Source: a virus
Taxonomy: Duplodnaviria > Caudoviricetes
DNA: 64,000 nucleotides
Virus record (IMG/VR): IMGVR_UViG_3300033070_001299
Coordinates: 989 to 64,988 of that record
Strand: one strand, 5' to 3'
Below are positions 7,381 through 15,545 of the stretch, in pieces; within the stretch, counting starts at the first letter, position 1, and each line of letters starts with the position of its first letter. Below the pieces are notes generated by a model that was given only the letters and a program-made list of their open reading frames with translations, ran no database searches and was not told the origin of the DNA. The position numbers and the translations under genes are program-made.

Positions 7381-9591
7381 ATGGGCCTGTGGGACCGCCT
7401 GACCGCCCCCTTCCGCCGCCGCCGCGACGCGCCGCCCCCTGCTGCCCCCGCTCCAGCTCCGCCGCCGCCCACGGGCCCGGACGGCGAGCTGCTCCCAGCG
7501 CTGCCCGCCAAGCGGCCCACGCGCCGAGACGCCGCCGAGCGCGGCGGCACGCCAGCGCCGGGCGAGCGGTGGGCGATCCGGGCGATCCGCCAGATCGCGC
7601 GGCGCTACGACAGCATCGTCAACGCCCTGTCCGGGCTGGGCGGGAGCAACGACAAGGGCACGGCCGGGCGGCCCGACCGCACGCGCATGCCCCTGGACTT
7701 CACCGAGCTTACGAGCCTGTTCCGGTTCAACGGCTACGCGACGCGCTTCGTGACGATCCTGCCCGAGGAGGCCACGCGCAAGGGCTGGCGGATCGACGAC
7801 GGCACGCCCAACGTCGCGCTCATGGAGGCGGAGGACAAGCGCCTCGGGATCCCGGGCGCGGTGCGCGAGGCCACCACCTGGGCGCGGCTCTACGGCGGCG
7901 CCGTGATCCTGATCGTGGTGGACGAGGACGTGCCACCGGAGCTCCAGGACCGCCCCGGCGACGTGCTGCGCACCCCCCTCGACTGGAGCAGGGTGCGGCG
8001 CGTCCTGAACCTGGTCGTCATGGACCCCAGCGAGGCGCAGCCCTTCGTCTATGAGAGCGACCTGCGCTCCCCGCGCTTCCGCCACCCGCGGCTCTGGCAG
8101 GTGAGCCCCAACGCCAACGGCGTCCTGGCGGGCGGCCGGATCGTCCACCACACGCGGATCCTGTACTTCGGCGGGCGCAAGCTGCCCGCGACGATCCGGC
8201 TGGTCAACCAGGGCTTCGACGACAGCATCCTGGAGGCCGTGTGGGACCAGGTCCGCAACAAGACCAGCATCGATCAGGCCGGAGCGCTGATCGCGCAGGA
8301 GCTGAAGCTGAACGTCGTCAAGATCGAGGGGCTGGCGTCGCTGTCTACCAGCGATCAGGCGGATCTCTTCGAGATGCGGATGAAGATGCTCGCCAAGAGC
8401 AAGTCCCTGAACAACCTCGTGCTGATCGGGGACGGCGAGACCTTCGAGAGCCTGTCCACGCCAATGTCCGGCTACGAGAACCTGGACGCCAACAGCCGCG
8501 ACGCGCTGGCCGCGGTCTCCGCCCTCCCTCAGACGGTCTGGTTCGGCGACACGGCCGGCGTCCTGGGCGGGGACGCTGGCGCCACGCATCGGCCCCTGTG
8601 GGCCAACGTGGTCGCCGCCTGGCAGCACGACAACCTCGACGATCCCCTGACCTACCTCTACCGGGGCCTCTACCTGTCCAGCGAGGGCGTCACGCACGGC
8701 GTCGAGCCGGCGAAGTGGAAGATCGTCTACCTGCCCCTCGACGAGCTGACCGAGAAGGCCCAGGCCGACCTCGAGCTGGTGCAGGCCCAGGCCGACGCCA
8801 CCCGCGTCCAGGCCGGGATCCTCCCGCCCGAGCACATCGCGCGCAGCCGCTACGGGCCCGCCGGCTACCGGACGGAGCTGCTCCCCTACGACCCCGAGGC
8901 CGAGGACGCCGCCCAGCTCGCGGCCGCACGCCAGCGCCAGGCGGAGCTTGAGGCGGCGGGCGGCAACCCCGGTGCTGGGGCGGGCGGCGGCGGGCAGCCC
9001 CAGCCCAGCCCAGCGCCCACCGACGAGGGCACGCCGCACCGCGACGCGCTGCCCGGCGAGCGGACGGCCTATATCTACGCCGAGCCGAGCGACATGGCGG
9101 CGTGGAGGGCCGCCCAGGCCGCCGTCGAGGCCGTGGTGCCTCTCCAGGGCTACCGGCCCGAGAGCGGCCGGCTGGTGCGCGGGCACGTCACCGCCCTGTT
9201 CTTCGGGCCCGTGCCCGAGCGCGCCGCGGTGCCCCTGGCCTACCAGACCGGCCAGCAGGCCCGCCTCATGCTGGGCTCGCCCCTGTTGGTGCGCGGCCTT
9301 GAGCTCTGGCCCACCGAGGACGGCCGCACCGTGGTCGTGCTGGCGCTGGACGCGCCGGCCATGGACGCCGCGCACCAGGGCCTCGCCGCGAGCTGCGCGC
9401 GCTGGATCGCCGTGGACCCGCCGCCGGGCGGCTACCGCGCCCACGCGACGCTCGGCTTCGTGTCCGGGCTCACCGAGGAGCAGCGCCGCGGCCTGCAGGC
9501 GCTGGCCGTGCCCCCCAGCCTGGGCACCGTGGCGCGCGTGGCGTTGTCCCGTGGGAGCGAGGACGTTGTGAGCAGCAGCGCCGCGCGGTAG
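7381..9591 (+). CDS. portal protein (DUF1073-type) fused to C-terminal 2H phosphoesterase domain
   Basis: NGYATRFVTILPEEATRKG, WARLYGGAVI, IVHHTRI, DSILE, LPQTVWFG portal motifs; after a G/P-rich linker, HVT (9184) and HAT (9442) 2H motifs. Confidence 0.85.
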   Translation: MGLWDRLTAPFRRRRDAPPPAAPAPAPPPPTGPDGELLPALPAKRPTRRDAAERGGTPAPGERWAIRAIRQIARRYDSIVNALSGLGGSNDKGTAGRPDRTRMPLDFTELTSLFRFNGYATRFVTILPEEATRKGWRIDDGTPNVALMEAEDKRLGIPGAVREATTWARLYGGAVILIVVDEDVPPELQDRPGDVLRTPLDWSRVRRVLNLVVMDPSEAQPFVYESDLRSPRFRHPRLWQVSPNANGVLAGGRIVHHTRILYFGGRKLPATIRLVNQGFDDSILEAVWDQVRNKTSIDQAGALIAQELKLNVVKIEGLASLSTSDQADLFEMRMKMLAKSKSLNNLVLIGDGETFESLSTPMSGYENLDANSRDALAAVSALPQTVWFGDTAGVLGGDAGATHRPLWANVVAAWQHDNLDDPLTYLYRGLYLSSEGVTHGVEPAKWKIVYLPLDELTEKAQADLELVQAQADATRVQAGILPPEHIARSRYGPAGYRTELLPYDPEAEDAAQLAAARQRQAELEAAGGNPGAGAGGGGQPQPSPAPTDEGTPHRDALPGERTAYIYAEPSDMAAWRAAQAAVEAVVPLQGYRPESGRLVRGHVTALFFGPVPERAAVPLAYQTGQQARLMLGSPLLVRGLELWPTEDGRTVVVLALDAPAMDAAHQGLAASCARWIAVDPPPGGYRAHATLGFVSGLTEEQRRGLQALAVPPSLGTVARVALSRGSEDVVSSSAAR

Positions 9592-9606
9592 CGGATCAAC
9601 TATTTT

Positions 9607-9658
9607 CGCCGTGGTGGCGATTGCAGCCTTGCGCGCGTCGCCACCGTGGCGTATATGT
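9607..9658 (+). promoter_or_regulatory. operator-class promoter TTGCGC-17-TATATG
   Basis: -35 at 9629, -10 at 9652; operators CGCCACCGTGGCG at 9639 and CGCCGTGGTGGCG at 9607. Confidence 0.8.
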
Positions 9659-9697
9659 CGTTCACCAGCGGCGAGGACGCCGCGCAGGAGAACGACC

Positions 9698-10033
9698 ATG
9701 CCCGCCACCGCTTCCGCCTCCTACAACAAGCTCCGCGACGGCTCCTGGGGAATCAAGGTCCAGGGCAGCGCCAAGCCCGGCGACCGCATCACGGTCACCA
9801 AGCGCGACGGCTCCAGCAAGGTCGAGACGGTGGACAAGGTCGTGTGGTCCGGCAACGGCGTCGCGATCTGCTCCGTGATCGAGACCCGCGGCGCCTCCAG
9901 CAGCAGCTCGGGCGGCCGGCGCAACGCACACGGCAACACCAGCCGCGCGCCCGCCGGGACCTACGAGTGCGAGGAGTGCGGCGAGTACGTGCGGCGCGGG
10001 ACGCGCTGCTGGGAGACCGGGCACACGCACTGA
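9698..10033 (+). CDS. small beta-barrel protein with C-terminal Zn-ribbon-like motif
   Basis: GGAGAACGACCATG start; YNKLRDGSWGIKV..PGDRITVTKRDG; CEEC..C..H tail. Confidence 0.75.
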   Translation: MPATASASYNKLRDGSWGIKVQGSAKPGDRITVTKRDGSSKVETVDKVVWSGNGVAICSVIETRGASSSSSGGRRNAHGNTSRAPAGTYECEECGEYVRRGTRCWETGHTH

Positions 10034-10257
10034 TCCTGATCACACCCGGCCCGCTGGGGCCATGGAGTAGCGAGGTGCCGATGCTCTGATTTTCCCCGGC
10101 GGTCCTACCAGACAGCCGCCGGGCCGGCGCGCAAGCCCTCTCCGAGTCTGGCGGGGAGGTGAACGTCGGGGGCTGCCGTGTAAAGCCCCTCGGTGCGGGA
10201 GCTGCCGACCAGCTCCCCCTTCTTCCCCCGACCAACTTCCTCCCGTTGGAGACTGCC
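10034..10257 (+). other. structured intergenic region / candidate cis-regulatory RNA
   Basis: Hairpins 10095-10123, 10169-10189, 10197-10217 (then a pyrimidine tract) and 10232-10249 (overlaps GGAG RBS). Confidence 0.4.
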
Positions 10258-10998
10258 ATGATCCGCTCTGTCATCCTGACCCTCGCCCTCCTCTCCGTCC
10301 CGACCAGCGCGCTCGCGGACGACGGCGGCGCGGCGGGCCTTCCGCCCTGGGCCTCCGCTCTCGTCACCCTGATCAGCCTCGGCGCTGGCGCCCTCGCGGC
10401 GACTGCCGGCACCAAGAAGCGCATCGAGGCCAGCATCGACGCCAAGGTGGAGGAGCGCGTGGGCGCGCGCCTCGGCACCTTCAGCCAGCTCGCCCAGCAG
10501 GCGGACCTCGCCGGCCTCGTCCGGCGGGAGATGGAGGTGATCGTGGTCAACGCCGACGGCGACCGCGTGTGCGAGATGGGCCTGCGCGAGCAGGGCTGGC
10601 GCAAGGTGCGCACGGCGAAGATCACGCAGATCCCCGAGGCCAGCGGCCCGCCCAACGCCCGCGTCGAGCCGGACCAGGTCGAGGTCGGCCGCGCCACGCT
10701 CACCTCCCAGGGCGAGGCCATCGACGCGGTCAAGGAGACCGAGCTGATCATGTTCGACCGCCTGGGCGGCCGCACAGTCCAGGCGGTCGCGAAGTGCCTG
10801 CCCCGCCACGGCTACGCGGCCTTCACGCGCGGCTACCTCGACATCCCCAGCCCGGAGGTCCGCGACCGGGTGAGCTTCGGCAACACCCCGCCCAACGCGC
10901 AGTTCTGGCTCGAGGCCACCGCGATCCGCATCTACCGGGCCACGCAGGCCGACCCCATGGGCAAGGCGCCCCGGGCCTGGTTCTCGACGGGGAGCTGA
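10258..10998 (+). CDS. membrane-anchored protein (signal peptide + TM + coiled coil + receiver/Rossmann-like domain)
   Basis: MIRSVILTLALLSVPTSALA signal; TM WASALVTLISLGAGALAA; alternating beta/alpha C-terminal domain. Confidence 0.7.
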   Translation: MIRSVILTLALLSVPTSALADDGGAAGLPPWASALVTLISLGAGALAATAGTKKRIEASIDAKVEERVGARLGTFSQLAQQADLAGLVRREMEVIVVNADGDRVCEMGLREQGWRKVRTAKITQIPEASGPPNARVEPDQVEVGRATLTSQGEAIDAVKETELIMFDRLGGRTVQAVAKCLPRHGYAAFTRGYLDIPSPEVRDRVSFGNTPPNAQFWLEATAIRIYRATQADPMGKAPRAWFSTGS

Positions 10999-11007
10999 TC
11001 GACCGAC

Positions 11008-11036
11008 TTGCGCCATGGCGGCGCCCGCGCTACCCT
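11008..11036 (+). promoter_or_regulatory. promoter TTGCGC-17-TACCCT
   Basis: Exact 17-bp spacing; precedes a 380-nt non-coding stretch. Confidence 0.65.
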
Positions 11037-11040
11037 GGGG

Positions 11041-11410
11041 GCAGGTGCGCATCCTACTCCCGGCCGCCACCTGGGCCGGGCCCCATTGAGGCTCCGCTGG
11101 CGTACCAGCTCTTTTCAACGCTGTAGCAGAGAGGCGCAGAAGCGCGGGAACCCCCAGGGCCAGCAGCCCCGGCCCGCGCGAAGAAGCTGCCTCCCCGGGC
11201 AGGCGGGCAACCGGCCTGTCAGGTGGACCTCCCGAGCTGGCTTCGCCAGCACGAGCGCTTCCGGCGGTCGTCAAGGGTCGGGCGATACCCCGGGGACTAC
11301 ACGCAGGTTGTCGGCGCCCCGTCGGACTTCGGTTCGGCGGGGCGCTCGCCGTTGGGCTGGCGCGCGGCCGCCCCAGCGGGCTATCGTGTCGTCGCACACC
11401 TGCGCGGAGA
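11041..11410 (+). ncRNA. candidate ~360-nt structured RNA (ncRNA or long regulatory 5' leader of the head operon)
   Basis: 14-bp stem with G-U pairs and C(UUCG)G loop 11314-11345; GNRA hairpin 11204-11213; stems 11059-11080, 11096-11109, 11142-11179, 11236-11250; terminal pairing 11041-11047 with 11397-11403. Confidence 0.55.
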
Positions 11411-11416
11411 GCCCCC

Positions 11417-12019
11417 ATGCCCAACCACGACCGCCCCGCCGCCCCCGTCGTCCCCTCCCTGCGCGACCGCCTCGCGGTCGGATCGCGCGTCTGCAAGCGC
11501 CTCGGCTACGGGCCGCACCAGCTCGGCGCCACGATCATCGCCCTGGCGCTCCTGGCGGCGGCGAAGGCCGGCGTCGACGTCCTGGACAGGACCACCGAGG
11601 ACGAGCTGGTGAGCGCCGGCCGCGAGGCCGAGAAGGCGATCAAGGCTACGCTCGGCCAGCCCGTGGACCCCGCCGCCGTGGTGACCGCGCTGGTCGAGGT
11701 GGCCGGCCTGCGCATGGCGGCGGCGCACGAGGCCCAGGCCGAGGCCCGCTGGCGCTCCCGCGAGGAGGAGCTGGCGCGGACGGAGGGCGAGGCCATCGCC
11801 GCCCGGGAGCGTGCCCGCCTGGAGGCCGCGGCCGCCGAGGAGGCGGAGCGCGAGCGTGCCAGGGCCGAGCGGGAGGCGGCCGAGCAGCTCGCGGCGCAGC
11901 AGGCCGAGGCCGAGCGTGCCCGCCTGGAGGCCGCGGCGCAGGACCAGGGCGGCGGCGACCCGCTGGACGAGCTGGGCGAGGACCCCGCCGCCAAGCCCCC
12001 CACGCCCCGCAAGCGATAG
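11417..12019 (+). CDS. hypothetical coiled-coil protein
   Basis: GGAGA RBS; E/A/R-rich heptads. Confidence 0.7.
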   Translation: MPNHDRPAAPVVPSLRDRLAVGSRVCKRLGYGPHQLGATIIALALLAAAKAGVDVLDRTTEDELVSAGREAEKAIKATLGQPVDPAAVVTALVEVAGLRMAAAHEAQAEARWRSREEELARTEGEAIAARERARLEAAAAEEAERERARAEREAAEQLAAQQAEAERARLEAAAQDQGGGDPLDELGEDPAAKPPTPRKR

Positions 12020-12022
12020 GCC

Positions 12023-12829
12023 GTGCTCGGGCTGGCCCCGCGCAGCGACGCCGCCCGAGGCCCCGTGCCCGGCGGGCGGCCGCTGTTCCCCAGCGCGCTC
12101 GAGGCCCGCTACCAGCGCGACCTCCTGCGCCGCACGCACGGCGCCTCCGAGCTGCTGCACGAGGCCATGCTGCGCGCCCTGGCCGCCAGCCCGGGGATCG
12201 ACGAGCGCGCCGCGGCCGCGCGCCAGGACAGCGCCGCCAGCGACCTCGCGCGGCTGGTGCGCGTGGTGGACCAGGTGCGCGTCGCGCACGCCGCGGCCTA
12301 CCCGGTCGACGAGGACAAGCTGCGCGCCACCGCCGCCCAGGTGGACCTCTTCACGACGCGGGAGCAGTCCAGGGTCATCCCCACCGCGCCGGCCGTGGAC
12401 GTGTTCAAGACGCGCGGCCTGCTGGACCTCTATACGAGCTGGGCTGGCGAAAATGCTGGGCTGATCACCAGCATCGACGCGGAGTACTTCGACCAGATCC
12501 GCGACGTGATCGTGGGCGCGGTGCGCGAGGGGAGGACCACGCGCGAGATCGCCGGCCTGCTGCGCGAGCGCTACGAGGTGTCGCGCAGCCGGGCGAAGTT
12601 CATCGCCCGCGACCAGATCGCCAAGCTGAACGGCCAGATCACGCAGCAGCGCCAGACCGCCCTCGGCGTGCTGCGCTACCGCTGGTCCACGTCGCTCGAC
12701 GAGCGCGTGCGGCCCACGCACCGCGTCCTCGAGGGCAAGATCTTCGCCTGGGCGAAGCCCCCGTCGGTCGGCCACCCGGGCCAGGACTACCAGTGCAGGT
12801 GCGTTGCGATCCCCATCCTGGACGACTGA
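12023..12829 (+). CDS. minor head/head morphogenesis protein (SPP1 gp7 / Mu gpF family)
   Basis: RAKFIARDQIAKLNG, YRWSTSLDERVRPTH..LEGKIF.W, HPGQDYQCRC. Confidence 0.9.
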   Translation: MLGLAPRSDAARGPVPGGRPLFPSALEARYQRDLLRRTHGASELLHEAMLRALAASPGIDERAAAARQDSAASDLARLVRVVDQVRVAHAAAYPVDEDKLRATAAQVDLFTTREQSRVIPTAPAVDVFKTRGLLDLYTSWAGENAGLITSIDAEYFDQIRDVIVGAVREGRTTREIAGLLRERYEVSRSRAKFIARDQIAKLNGQITQQRQTALGVLRYRWSTSLDERVRPTHRVLEGKIFAWAKPPSVGHPGQDYQCRCVAIPILDD

Positions 12830-12844
12830 TCGCGGATCGCGATC

Positions 12845-12873
12845 TTGACGCGCGACCATCGCCGACCTACGCT
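12845..12873 (+). promoter_or_regulatory. late-type promoter TTGACG-17-TACGCT
   Basis: Near-consensus sigma70 boxes; three GATC directly upstream (12828, 12835, 12841). Confidence 0.7.
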
Positions 12874-12883
12874 GGCGGCGATC

Positions 12884-14293
12884 ATGCGCGATCCTCTCGT
12901 CACCACCGCCGATCACGTCTCCCGCCGCGACGAGGGCGAGGCTGGGGACGGGCGCGTGTGGCGGTATGACGCGATCCCCGTGGGCGAGCTCATGTCGCCG
13001 CACCTCACCGCCGAGGGCTTCGTGCTCTGCCAGGGCCGCGCCGGCCGCCCGTGCGTGCTCCAGTACCGGCGCGGCGACGGCGCCGTGGTACGCGAGCTGA
13101 TCCCGGCCGAGGAGCTGCACCGCCCCGAGAGCCTGGCGACGCTGGGGCGCAAGGCCCTCACCCTGGAGCACCCGCCCGAGGACGTAGACGTAGGCCCCGA
13201 CAACGTCATGGAGTACGCGGTAGGAGACCTCGGCTCCAAGGTGTTCGTGGGCGAGGGCGGCTACGTGATCGTGGACATAGCGATCAAGCGCGTGGACGCC
13301 GTGCAGGCGTGGAAGCGCGGCCTGAACGAGCTGTCCATGGGCTACAAGTGCCGCATCGACGCCACCCCCGGCGTTGATCCCGTCCTCGGCCCCTACGACG
13401 CGGTCCAGCGCGACCGCGTCTACAACCACCTGGCGCTCACCGGCCGGGCGCGCGCCGGAGAGGGCGCGGCCATCCGCCGAGACAGCGCCGCACAGATCAC
13501 CGACCGCGGAGAGACCATGAAGCCCAGCCTCGTCCGGCTCCTGACCCTGATCCTCGGCCCCACCTACCGGCGCCTGGACGCCGAGGACACGGCGCTCGAG
13601 GAGGCCGCGGCCAAGGTGGCCGAGATGCAGACCGCGATCAGCGAGGCCACCCCGGCCGCGTCGGTCGCGGACCTGCGCGCCAAGATCGCCGCCCTGGAGG
13701 CCGAGCTGGCCGCGCAGAAGGCGAAGCTCACCGCCATCGAGGCGGCCAGCGCCAGCGCGCCGTCCGTGCCCGACCAGATCGAGGGCGCCATGGAGGCCGA
13801 CCCCGTGGACGTGACCGACTCGGCCGCGATGGGCGCGCTCGCGCCCGAGGCCCAGGCCGAGGCCCGCAAGCAGGACGCGATCCGCAAGGTTGTCGCGCGC
13901 ACCGCTGGCGAGCGCCGCCGGCTGGACAGCCTCGCCCAGCGCTACCGGCTGGACGACAAGGCCGTGGCGAAGATGGGCGGCCGCGCGCTCCGGCGCGCCG
14001 TGGCGCAGGCGGCCAACCCGGCCACGCGCAAGGACGCCTCGGACGAGTACATCCGCGCCGCGGTGGACATGCTGGACGACGGCGCGCGCCGCGACGGCGG
14101 CGGCACGGTCGACCCCTACGCGGGCCTGGGCGCGGACTTCGAGACGAACACCGCGGCCGACCGCGGCGGCGAGGGGGACGGCACGCGCCGCGACGCTCGC
14201 GGCGGCGGCGGCGAGGACCCCAGCGCCGACCCCATGGCCGAGACCCTCAAGCGGCGCTTCGAACAGCGCCACGGCACCGGCGCCCGCGCCTGA
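12884..14293 (+). CDS. DUF2213-family prohead protease/scaffold protein
   Basis: HLTAEGFVLC..RAGRPCVLQY, LTLEHP, ELSMGY, YDAVQR..YNHLALT.RARAG; coiled-coil C-terminus. Confidence 0.85.
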   Translation: MRDPLVTTADHVSRRDEGEAGDGRVWRYDAIPVGELMSPHLTAEGFVLCQGRAGRPCVLQYRRGDGAVVRELIPAEELHRPESLATLGRKALTLEHPPEDVDVGPDNVMEYAVGDLGSKVFVGEGGYVIVDIAIKRVDAVQAWKRGLNELSMGYKCRIDATPGVDPVLGPYDAVQRDRVYNHLALTGRARAGEGAAIRRDSAAQITDRGETMKPSLVRLLTLILGPTYRRLDAEDTALEEAAAKVAEMQTAISEATPAASVADLRAKIAALEAELAAQKAKLTAIEAASASAPSVPDQIEGAMEADPVDVTDSAAMGALAPEAQAEARKQDAIRKVVARTAGERRRLDSLAQRYRLDDKAVAKMGGRALRRAVAQAANPATRKDASDEYIRAAVDMLDDGARRDGGGTVDPYAGLGADFETNTAADRGGEGDGTRRDARGGGGEDPSADPMAETLKRRFEQRHGTGARA

Positions 14294-14344
14294 TCCTGGG
14301 CGGGCCCCAGCCCGCCGCCAACCCTCTCCCGCTCGGAGCTCACC

Positions 14345-15499
14345 ATGTCTATCAGCCAGCGCGCCCAGGACGTCCGCGCCCGTCGCCTCCAGGCGCTCAT
14401 CGGCATGCCCGTCCATGCCAACTACCTCGACGACTGCACCACCCTGATCAACAAGGATCCGCAGGCGACGCAGATCACCGAGGTCACCGTAGACACGGTC
14501 ACCAACGGCCACCTGTACGAGCTGGACGTGAACGGCGTCACGATCAGCTACCAGGCCGACGGCGCGACCTCGGCCATCGAGATCGCCGACGGGCTGGAGG
14601 CCGCCGCCAACGGCGACCCCATGGTGTACGGGCAGGTGACCGCCTCGAGCGACGGCGTGGACACGGTCACCTTCACCAGCCAGTACCCGGGCGAGAGCTT
14701 CGTGATCGACGAGCTGGACGCCAAGCTCAGCCAGAGCACCACGCAGCCGGCCGCCGCGGCCGCGCCCGTCGAGTTCGGGCGGCTCATGGTGAGCGGCGGC
14801 TACCAGGACGACGAGGCCAACGAGCTGGGCGTGAAGGCCAAGAGCGCCTTCTTCACGGCGCAGGTGGACAGCTACGTCCTCACCTACGACGACGGCGTGA
14901 TCATCCGCGTCAAGGCCACCGTCGAGGGCGAGGACTACCAGGTCGATTACACCATGGCGACCGACCTGGACACCAGCGGCGCGGCCGTGGTGACCGCCGG
15001 CAACGGGATCATGCCCGCCAACACGATCCTGTTTGCCTACGACGCGGGCACCAACACGCTCTCGCTCACCAGCGAGAAGCCGGGCATGCCCATCAAGACC
15101 TCGGTGAGCTTCGGCCCTGGGCGCGACACCGGCGCCGCGGTGAAGACCAGCAACGCCGGCCGCACCACGGACATCAACCTGGCCGCGGTGGGCTTCTCGG
15201 TCTACACCACGGACGAGGAGATCACCGAGGTCGCGGGCGAGGAGGTGGTGTACCCCGCCAACAGCGGCGTGATCACCTTCAAGAAGGGCGAGATCTGGCT
15301 GGAGTGCGCCGAGACCATCTCGGCCGGCGACCCGGTCTACATCGAGCTGGGCGTCACCGACGACAACGGCAAGCCCTTCAAGGCGACCTCCAGCACCCGC
15401 GTCCGCCTGGACCGCGCGAGCTGGCAGCGCGCCTCCCGCGACAGCAACGCCGACGAGATCGCCGTGGTCTCGCTGGCCGCGCCCCTGAACCGCTCGTAG
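14345..15499 (+). CDS. head decoration/cement protein with two inserted beta domains
   Basis: Between scaffold and capsid; VEFGRLMV and KKGEIWLECAETISAGDPVY cement motifs. Confidence 0.7.
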   Translation: MSISQRAQDVRARRLQALIGMPVHANYLDDCTTLINKDPQATQITEVTVDTVTNGHLYELDVNGVTISYQADGATSAIEIADGLEAAANGDPMVYGQVTASSDGVDTVTFTSQYPGESFVIDELDAKLSQSTTQPAAAAAPVEFGRLMVSGGYQDDEANELGVKAKSAFFTAQVDSYVLTYDDGVIIRVKATVEGEDYQVDYTMATDLDTSGAAVVTAGNGIMPANTILFAYDAGTNTLSLTSEKPGMPIKTSVSFGPGRDTGAAVKTSNAGRTTDINLAAVGFSVYTTDEEITEVAGEEVVYPANSGVITFKKGEIWLECAETISAGDPVYIELGVTDDNGKPFKATSSTRVRLDRASWQRASRDSNADEIAVVSLAAPLNRS

Positions 15500-15545
15500 C
15501 GCCCGCCGGGCGCACCCCGCACCCCTCTCGACACCGGAGCTCCCC

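Noticed and set aside
10034-10257. c-di-GMP-I or fluoride riboswitch resemblance (GCGCAAGCCC..GGGGGCTGCCG; ATGGAGT..TCCTAC)
   Set aside because: Key conserved elements (GGCAAA/GNRA stem; ACTCC pseudoknot partner) are missing
11011-11023. Operator-like CGCCATGGCGGCG in the 11008 promoter
   Set aside because: Out of register (3 bp after the -35 start rather than 9-10) with no 32-bp partner; the GC-rich core can occur by chance, so not counted in the regulon
11041-11410. tmRNA, RNase P RNA or group I intron (right size; partial P/Q-like GCGCGGGAA, CAGCAGCC and GACTAC strings)
   Set aside because: No tRNA-like ends or T-loop, no GAGGAAAGUCC, and no TAGTC partner for P7; kept only as an unclassified structured RNA
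11223-11612. 129-aa ORF across the structured region
   Set aside because: GTG start without RBS, atypical codons, overlaps gene 11417 out of frame
11807-11937. 26-bp direct repeat GAGCGTGCCCGCCTGGAGGCCGCGGC
   Set aside because: In-frame duplication within a coiled-coil coding region, not an att site or regulatory repeat
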